Below the pieces are notes generated by a model, which was not told the DNA's origin, searched no databases, and was given only the letters and a program-made list of their open reading frames with translations. From Candidatus Sumerlaeaceae bacterium (GTDB taxonomy: Bacteria > Sumerlaeota > Sumerlaeia > Sumerlaeales > Sumerlaeaceae), in contig JBPCLP010000030.1 in assembly GCA_051003195.1 (NCBI GenBank), positions 32,001-96,000 on the forward strand: a stretch of 64,000 bases of DNA, written 5' to 3'. Shown piece after piece: positions 58,224 through 64,000 of the stretch (positions are counted from its first letter, which is position 1; each line of letters begins with the position of its first letter). The position numbers were made by a program, and so were the translations under genes.

Positions 58224-58540
58224 TGACTTACCGCCCTACCCCGCATCTCGCGCTGGAAGACTTATACAAAAACTTCGGGTCTCATATTTGGCTTCGAGGA
58301 GGTGCAAATACACCAGCACAAATGGCGTTCGCTGAACAGGAGTGTCCGAAAGGCGTGCACCTCTCTGCTGTTGACGTTCCGAAAACCGCTGGCCGGGCAT
58401 GGTGGGTTTAGCTTAGATGCTGATTTGGTTTGACCTACACAGATACAATGGCGCGGCATTGTAGTTGCATCCTCGCTCTCGCCAATTAACGCACCAGCAA
58501 CACAAGTTGAACTGGGCGTCCGGTTTAAGGAGAATTAAAA

Positions 58541-60334
58541 ATGAACGCTTCCTCTCGGCATCTATCACAAATTGCCGCAGCTGGATTGATCTGCCTTTCA
58601 GTCATCGCGTATGGGCAGGTCCCCGACCCCAACCAGGAACTCTCTAAAAAAGAGAGGAAACAACTGCAACAGCAGGAGCGGCAGGGAGGCGTCCAGCCGG
58701 CCGTTGGTCAGGGAAATATCCAGCCACAGCCTGGCCAAATGCCTCAGCGCGGGCCTGCATTGCAGCAGGGCGCCCCGAACATGCCGTCAAATCCAAACCT
58801 GAACATCCAGGGCGGTGGAGCGCAGCAGTTGAGGCGCGGGAACGACGCGAACGAAAACCCAAACAAAAATGTCAGTAAGCAGCTTAAGAGTCGAGGCGAG
58901 GGCGAAATTCAGGTCCCGGGTAAGCCTGACCCAAGCAAGTTCCAGCTGAACCAGTCGGATGATCGCGGCCAGGGCGGGAACAAGAAGAAGAACCAGGGCA
59001 AGAACGTGGATCTGGGGCAGAGCGGCGATGCTCCGCCCAGCCCGAATGTCACACCCACGATCCAGGTGCAGGACACGGAGGACCTGAGCAAAAAAGAGCT
59101 TAACAAGCAGAAGCAGCAGCAGAACCGGCTTGAAGAGCAGCTCAACAAGCAGAACAAGAAAAATAAAACCCCGGGTGACGATGCCGTCGCCAGTCCAAAC
59201 GCTACGCCATTCGTTCCGGCTGGCACGCCTCCCGCCGCCGGCGGGCGCCTTGGCGAAGGCCTGAGCAAGAAGGAACAGAACAAGCTCGATAACCAGGCTA
59301 AGAAGGAGCAGAACCAGCAGGAGCAGCAGGCGAAAAAGGAGCAAAACGAGCTGGAGAAACTGCAAAAGAAGGGCGTGGCGACTCCCGCGGCTGGCGAACC
59401 CACCCCGGCTGGTCAGATTGACATCGGTGGCAAGGGTAAAGGCAAAAAGGGTAAGGAGCAGCCCGGTGCGACGCCTGCAGCCGGCCAGGCACAGGCCCCC
59501 GCCGATCCGAATGCAACACCTGCGCTATCCAAGCATGACCTCAAAAAGCAGATGAAGGACACCAAGCAGGCCGAGGAGTCCGCCCAAAAGGCAGCGAAGC
59601 AGATTGCTCAGCTGGAAAAGAAGCAGGATAAGATCGAGCTTAAGAAACTCAGCGGTGCGGAAAAGGCCGTTCTTGTTGGTGCCGACGTTTCAAAGCTCAA
59701 CATCGGTGCTTCCAAAAAGCTGTCGAAAAACGACGCCCTGACTATCATTGGCGACAACAACACCATTATTAAGAAGAAAGAAATAAACAAAACCGTCATC
59801 AACAACATCAACCTGGGCATTCTTCCGGGTGGCTGGGGCTTGCCTCTTGGCGGGTATGGTTACGTGCATCAGCCGCTTATTGCGATTGATCCATATTGCG
59901 GGTATTGCCTGCCGAGCCCGATTCATGGCGGGTTCCACAATCTATCGTGGAACTACTGGGATGGCCGCTCTTACTATGATCACGGTTATATCGACAGCAT
60001 CTTCATGGGTGTGGGACACATCCGCTACGACGGCTGCGATGGTGCCATCGTCCATGGTCGCTACTACTGCTACGGCTGGGGCTGGATTGACGGCTGCATC
60101 GACTATGGCGAACGCCGCATGTGGGTGCCAGGCTTCTGGGCTCCGTACAACGTGGAAGAGTGTGGCAACGTGCCCATCTGGATACCTCCAGTATATGAGG
60201 AAGTCTGGACCGGCTGCTGCTGGGAAACGGTACTGGTGGATGGCGGCTACTTCTCCCCAAGCCCAAGCCTCGATTGCCATCTCGTTACCCGGCATACATG
60301 GGTCCCGGGACACTTCGAGTATTACTGGGCATAA
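58541..60334 (+). CDS. Secreted protein with K/Q/P-rich disordered region and Cys/Trp/Tyr/Gly-rich C-terminal domain
   Basis: AAGGAG RBS; signal peptide; LSKKE repeats; WVPG motifs. Confidence 0.8.
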   Translation: MNASSRHLSQIAAAGLICLSVIAYGQVPDPNQELSKKERKQLQQQERQGGVQPAVGQGNIQPQPGQMPQRGPALQQGAPNMPSNPNLNIQGGGAQQLRRGNDANENPNKNVSKQLKSRGEGEIQVPGKPDPSKFQLNQSDDRGQGGNKKKNQGKNVDLGQSGDAPPSPNVTPTIQVQDTEDLSKKELNKQKQQQNRLEEQLNKQNKKNKTPGDDAVASPNATPFVPAGTPPAAGGRLGEGLSKKEQNKLDNQAKKEQNQQEQQAKKEQNELEKLQKKGVATPAAGEPTPAGQIDIGGKGKGKKGKEQPGATPAAGQAQAPADPNATPALSKHDLKKQMKDTKQAEESAQKAAKQIAQLEKKQDKIELKKLSGAEKAVLVGADVSKLNIGASKKLSKNDALTIIGDNNTIIKKKEINKTVINNINLGILPGGWGLPLGGYGYVHQPLIAIDPYCGYCLPSPIHGGFHNLSWNYWDGRSYYDHGYIDSIFMGVGHIRYDGCDGAIVHGRYYCYGWGWIDGCIDYGERRMWVPGFWAPYNVEECGNVPIWIPPVYEEVWTGCCWETVLVDGGYFSPSPSLDCHLVTRHTWVPGHFEYYWA

Positions 60335-60379
60335 GAGCAGTTAAATTCAGAAGCAGAAGAGACAGACGAAAATAAACGG

Positions 60380-60405
60380 GGCGGCTCGAAAGGGCCGCCT
60401 TTTTT
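60380..60405 (+). terminator. Rho-independent terminator
   Basis: GGCGGCTC-GAAA-GGGCCGCC plus T6. Confidence 0.85.
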
Positions 60406-60425
60406 ATTGAAACCATCTTCCATGA

Positions 60426-60445
60426 AATAGAACGTGTGTTCTATT
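60426..60445. promoter_or_regulatory. Putative LexA operator, GAAC-N4-GTTC type
   Basis: AATAGAAC-GTGT-GTTCTATT with perfectly palindromic arms, ending 11 bp upstream of the dinB-like ATG. Confidence 0.8.
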
Positions 60446-60456
60446 GAGGCTGGAAG

Positions 60457-61617
60457 ATGGATCAGTTAATTTTACACACGGATGTAGATTGTTTCGCAGT
60501 CAGCGTGGAGCGCGCACGCAATCCCTCGCTACTGGAACGCGCTATAATTATTGGAGTTGAAGCGGGCGGAAGGGGGCTGGTCGCGTCCGCATCCTACGAA
60601 GCCCGCCGTTTAGGCGCCCGGGGAGGGATGCCGCTTTCCATCGCACGGCGGCGATTCCCCCAGGCTGTTTTCCTGCCGCAAGACCGGCTGGCGTATGAGG
60701 CAGCGTCGCACCGCCTTTTCGAACTTTTGCGCAACAAAGCCCCCGTGGTTGAGGCGTGCTCGATGGACGATTTCTACCTGGATGTAACGGGCTGTGAGGC
60801 TCTGTTTGGTGGCGATCTGCTGCGATGGGCGCAGCAGGTGGGGAGGCAGGTGCGCGGCGAACTCGGACTGCCGCTGTCCATGGGCATCGCCGGCAACAAG
60901 ATGGTCGCCCGCATCGCAACCGCGCTGGCCAAGCCTTCGCAGATGATTCGTGTGACTGCAGGAGCCGAAGCGGAGTTTCTGTCGCCGGTTTCGGTGCATC
61001 TGCTGCCGGGTGCCGGCGGGGCTGCCTATGAACGCCTGCAGGGATTTGGCGTCCGGACCATTGGTGAGCTGGCAGCAATGGGGGAGGAGTGCCTGGCGCT
61101 GTTGTTCGGAAAAGCTGGTACCGAGCTCTGGCGCCGCGCGCGTGGCGAATATCATGAGCCTGTGAAAGCAACCGCACTACACCGCAACCTTACTCAGACG
61201 CAGGTACTCGAGCGTGATACCGCGGACACGCGCCTGCTCGAAGCGGTGGCAGTGCGCCTTGCGCAGCGCATCGCATGGGGGCTGCGCCGAAACCAGCTTA
61301 CCGCGACGCGGGCATCGCTGGAGCTGACCTACAGCGACGGCGCAATGGCCACACACAGCCTGCAACTCAATACACCGACCGACAGCGAACGCGAGCTGAT
61401 CGTCGCCGCGCGCAAAGCGCTGACGGCCTCCTTCCAGCGGCGGGTGCGTGTGCGTGCGTTGCGTCTGAAGGTGTGGTTCATCCCGCGTGATGCCGGCCAG
61501 TTCGACTTCCTCCACGAGATGGAGCGGCGCAGCGTGCGCGGATTGTTCCAGGCCATTGATGAAGTACGCAGCCGGCATGGCTTCGGCGCGATGGTGAGCG
61601 CGAGCGCGATCAATTAG
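60457..61617 (+). CDS. Y-family DNA polymerase (DinB/ImuB-like)
   Basis: HTDVDCFAVSVE, SASYEAR..G, SMDDFYLD, NKMVARIA...KP, clamp-like QFDFL, IDEVRSRHG. Confidence 0.9.
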   Translation: MDQLILHTDVDCFAVSVERARNPSLLERAIIIGVEAGGRGLVASASYEARRLGARGGMPLSIARRRFPQAVFLPQDRLAYEAASHRLFELLRNKAPVVEACSMDDFYLDVTGCEALFGGDLLRWAQQVGRQVRGELGLPLSMGIAGNKMVARIATALAKPSQMIRVTAGAEAEFLSPVSVHLLPGAGGAAYERLQGFGVRTIGELAAMGEECLALLFGKAGTELWRRARGEYHEPVKATALHRNLTQTQVLERDTADTRLLEAVAVRLAQRIAWGLRRNQLTATRASLELTYSDGAMATHSLQLNTPTDSERELIVAARKALTASFQRRVRVRALRLKVWFIPRDAGQFDFLHEMERRSVRGLFQAIDEVRSRHGFGAMVSASAIN

Positions 61618-61629
61618 AAATTTCGAATC

Positions 61630-64000
61630 ATGAATTCCGAAGAGAGGAGCGACAAGCGAAGGCCGAAGAGCGAAGAACTACTGAGATGCGAAGCGATTCC
61701 TGACCCCCGGCCCCCGAAGCCTGAACTCTGCTTCGTCCACCTGCATGCGCACAGCTATTACAGCTTCTTCGACAGCACATTTTCGCCGGAGGACCTGGTC
61801 ACGCTTGCCTGCAAGCATGGGCACAAGGCCGTCGCGCTCACCGATATCAACTGCATGACGGGCGCGGTTGTCTTCTACAAAGCTGCAAAACAGGCGGGGC
61901 TGAACCCGATTCTGGGCGCGGAAATCACGCAGCCGCTGCCCAATGAACGCAAACTCCTGCGCGACCGTGCAGCCGCGGAATTCGAACTGAGGAACCTGGA
62001 GGCGAGGAGCGAAAGGAAGATCGAAGAGCGAGGAGCGAAAAGCCAAAGAAAAAGAACCACGGAATACACGGAGCACACGGATCCTGACAATTTAGAATTC
62101 AAAATTCAAAATTCAAAAGATGTGTCCAGTGGTTCGCTTTCTCCCGCGCTGTGTCAGGGTGACAAATCCAAACGCGCGGTGTTGCTGGCGCGCAGCTTTG
62201 ACGCGTATTCGGAAATTTCGGCGGTGGTAACGCGGCGGATGCTGGACCCGATGTTTGATCTGTTCCGCGAAATGGATGCGCTGTCTGACCAGGTGATCAT
62301 CCTCAGCGATTCGACGGAGGTACTGGAGCACACGGTAAAAGGGAAGGTGGGCATTGGTGACCCACAAAGCGCAGATGGCGGCGCGATGAATGCGAAGGAT
62401 GGGAGGGATGAGGCAAATAGCGATGATGGGTCGAATGGGTCTTATGAAACAGTTGGTTCTACTGTTCCCAGGGATTCCCGGAATTCCTATGCTTCCCATT
62501 CCTCCCATAAGACCCACACCCCTCATAAGCCCCATTTTTCTGCCCCCCTTTACGCTCTTCTCACCGCCAGCCGGCGCTGCCGTGCGCGCAACCGCCTGGT
62601 CTATGAGAGCGCGCGGCGCCTGGGTATTCCGCTGGTTGCCGGCTGCGATGTAAAGCTCGGCACGCCTGACGACGCACAGCTGCATCACCTGCTACAGGCG
62701 ATGCGCCGCCTCACCACTGTTTATCAGCTCAGCGACGCGCAAAAAATCGATCCCGCACACCATTTCCAATCTGCTGAACAGGTGGCCCGGTTCTTTGGCC
62801 TGGATCGTACTGATCGCGATCAGCCCGCCGACGAAATCTTCGCTCACCTGCGCGAAGGAGTCGCGAACACATCGCGCATTGCCGAACTGTGTCACTGCGA
62901 GCTTCCGCTCAATGAATGGAAGTTTCCGAAGTTGCCAGGGACGCCAGTTCCCTCTCCGGAAAAAGAACTGCGGCGGCTTGTTATTGAGGGCATGCACAAG
63001 CGTTATGGCGATCCATTGCCGCCGCTTCCGCGCGACCGTATGAACTCAGAGATGGAGATCATCGAAAAGCTTGGCTTTACGGAGTATTTTCTGCTCGTGA
63101 ACCGCATTGTAAGCGAGGCGCACCGGCGCGGTTTTTTTACCGTGGGGCGGGGGAGCGGCGCAAATTCGATCCTCAGCTATGCCCTTGGTTTCACGGAGGT
63201 TTGTCCCCTCAAGTTCAACCTCTACTTCGAGCGCTTCCTGAATCCCGACCGCAGCGTGCCACCGGACATCGACATCGATTTCTCATGGAAGGAGCGCGAT
63301 GAACTGTTGCAGTGGTGCTTCGAGTATTTCGGGCGGGATCGGGTGGCGCTGATATGTACCATCCAGACGCTTCAGGCGCGGCAGTCCATCCGCGAAGTAG
63401 GAAAGGCGTTCGGCCTCAGCGAAAACGAAGTGAACGCGTTCAACCGGCTGCACGAAACAGGATTCCGAGTGGAAGAGGAAGTGAAGTCGGAACTCGGAAA
63501 TGAAGGCCGAAGAGCGAAGAGCAAAGAACGAAGGATTTACAACTTAGCTGAGCAGGAGCCGTGGTCCACGGTGCTGAAGTTCGCGCAACGCATTACCGGC
63601 TTCCCGCGCCATCTTTCCATCCATTGCGGCGGCATTCTGATCACGCCGGATACGGTTACCAAATTCCTTCCGCTCACCCGCAGCGCGAAGGGCTTTGCGA
63701 TTACCCAGATGGACATGTTCAGCGTCGAGGAGTTGGGGCTGATCAAAATCGATCTGCTCAGCAACCGCAGTCTTGGTGTGTTGAAGGATGCGCTCCGTAT
63801 GGCCGAGCGCAACCTGAACGGCGAGAGGATGAATACGATCCCCGGAGGTGCACCGCATTTGCCGGAAAGCGCGGGTGCGCTGCTTCCGGAGAATGCGGCC
63901 AAGGTGGAGGTGTTTCAGCGCGAAGCGATGCGCATGAAACTGGCCGGCACACGCCGTGGCACCAGTGTCGCGCTCGCCGGCGTGCTTGGATCTTTCGCAA
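61630..64000 (+). CDS. dnaE: DNA polymerase III alpha, probably error-prone DnaE2-type (runs off the window edge)
   Basis: Manual translation, open from ATG 61630 to the end: FVHLHAHSYYSF, ALTD, GRGSGANS, FERFLNPDR..PPDIDIDF, PRHLSIHCGG, KIDLL. Missing from the ORF track because it has no stop in the window. Confidence 0.93.
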   Translation, partial: MNSEERSDKRRPKSEELLRCEAIPDPRPPKPELCFVHLHAHSYYSFFDSTFSPEDLVTLACKHGHKAVALTDINCMTGAVVFYKAAKQAGLNPILGAEITQPLPNERKLLRDRAAAEFELRNLEARSERKIEERGAKSQRKRTTEYTEHTDPDNLEFKIQNSKDVSSGSLSPALCQGDKSKRAVLLARSFDAYSEISAVVTRRMLDPMFDLFREMDALSDQVIILSDSTEVLEHTVKGKVGIGDPQSADGGAMNAKDGRDEANSDDGSNGSYETVGSTVPRDSRNSYASHSSHKTHTPHKPHFSAPLYALLTASRRCRARNRLVYESARRLGIPLVAGCDVKLGTPDDAQLHHLLQAMRRLTTVYQLSDAQKIDPAHHFQSAEQVARFFGLDRTDRDQPADEIFAHLREGVANTSRIAELCHCELPLNEWKFPKLPGTPVPSPEKELRRLVIEGMHKRYGDPLPPLPRDRMNSEMEIIEKLGFTEYFLLVNRIVSEAHRRGFFTVGRGSGANSILSYALGFTEVCPLKFNLYFERFLNPDRSVPPDIDIDFSWKERDELLQWCFEYFGRDRVALICTIQTLQARQSIREVGKAFGLSENEVNAFNRLHETGFRVEEEVKSELGNEGRRAKSKERRIYNLAEQEPWSTVLKFAQRITGFPRHLSIHCGGILITPDTVTKFLPLTRSAKGFAITQMDMFSVEELGLIKIDLLSNRSLGVLKDALRMAERNLNGERMNTIPGGAPHLPESAGALLPENAAKVEVFQREAMRMKLAGTRRGTSVALAGVLGSFA

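Noticed and set aside
58320..58340. Fluoride riboswitch (ATGGCGTTCGC)
   Set aside because: The 5' GGCG needed for the first stem is absent, and there is no fluoride-related gene downstream
60310..60334. C-terminal tag on the 597-aa protein (GHFEYYWA) or the 28270 protein
   Set aside because: Neither matches [VI]-x-[DE]-[WY]-x-h-h
61930..62545. Intein in dnaE
   Set aside because: No N-terminal Cys block or HN-C/S/T junction, and no LAGLIDADG motif; the inserts are low-complexity repeat DNA

Overview
Chromosomal bacterial window (GC roughly 55-60%). Housekeeping blocks: bioD, thrC, pduL, aroC-aroK/cmk fusion-plsC, T-box-controlled leuA, ettA, dapB, a lone rpsL, malQ, an ABC-2/HlyD exporter, tRNA-Asp/tRNA-Val, rpsF-ssb-rpsR, moaC, yqeK-rsfS-carD, and a dinB-like/dnaE cassette with a LexA-type operator. 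These surround a 12-26 kb accessory island. The strongest candidate for an undescribed system is in that island. Seven otherwise dissimilar Gly/Ala/Thr/Asn-rich ORFs (six intact with signal peptides, one a truncated fragment) all end in a short tag, A-x-[VI]-x-[DE]-[WY]-x-h-h-(Q)-stop, with no transmembrane anchor. This looks like a lineage-specific protein sorting or secretion signal. The tagged genes are interleaved with Pro/Thr/Ala-stalked lipoproteins and with two Y1/RAYT transposases flanked by their own REP families. Other highlights: an orphan RiPP-precursor-like peptide; a degenerate Type IIG R-M-like scaffold; a Y-family polymerase with Ala at the steric gate; in-frame short-repeat insertions in dnaE and leuA; and a twice-occurring ~70-bp hairpin element. 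The lineage may be a diderm candidate phylum such as Sumerlaeota/BRC1 (my guess, unverified). All calls come from reading motifs by eye; no database searches were run.
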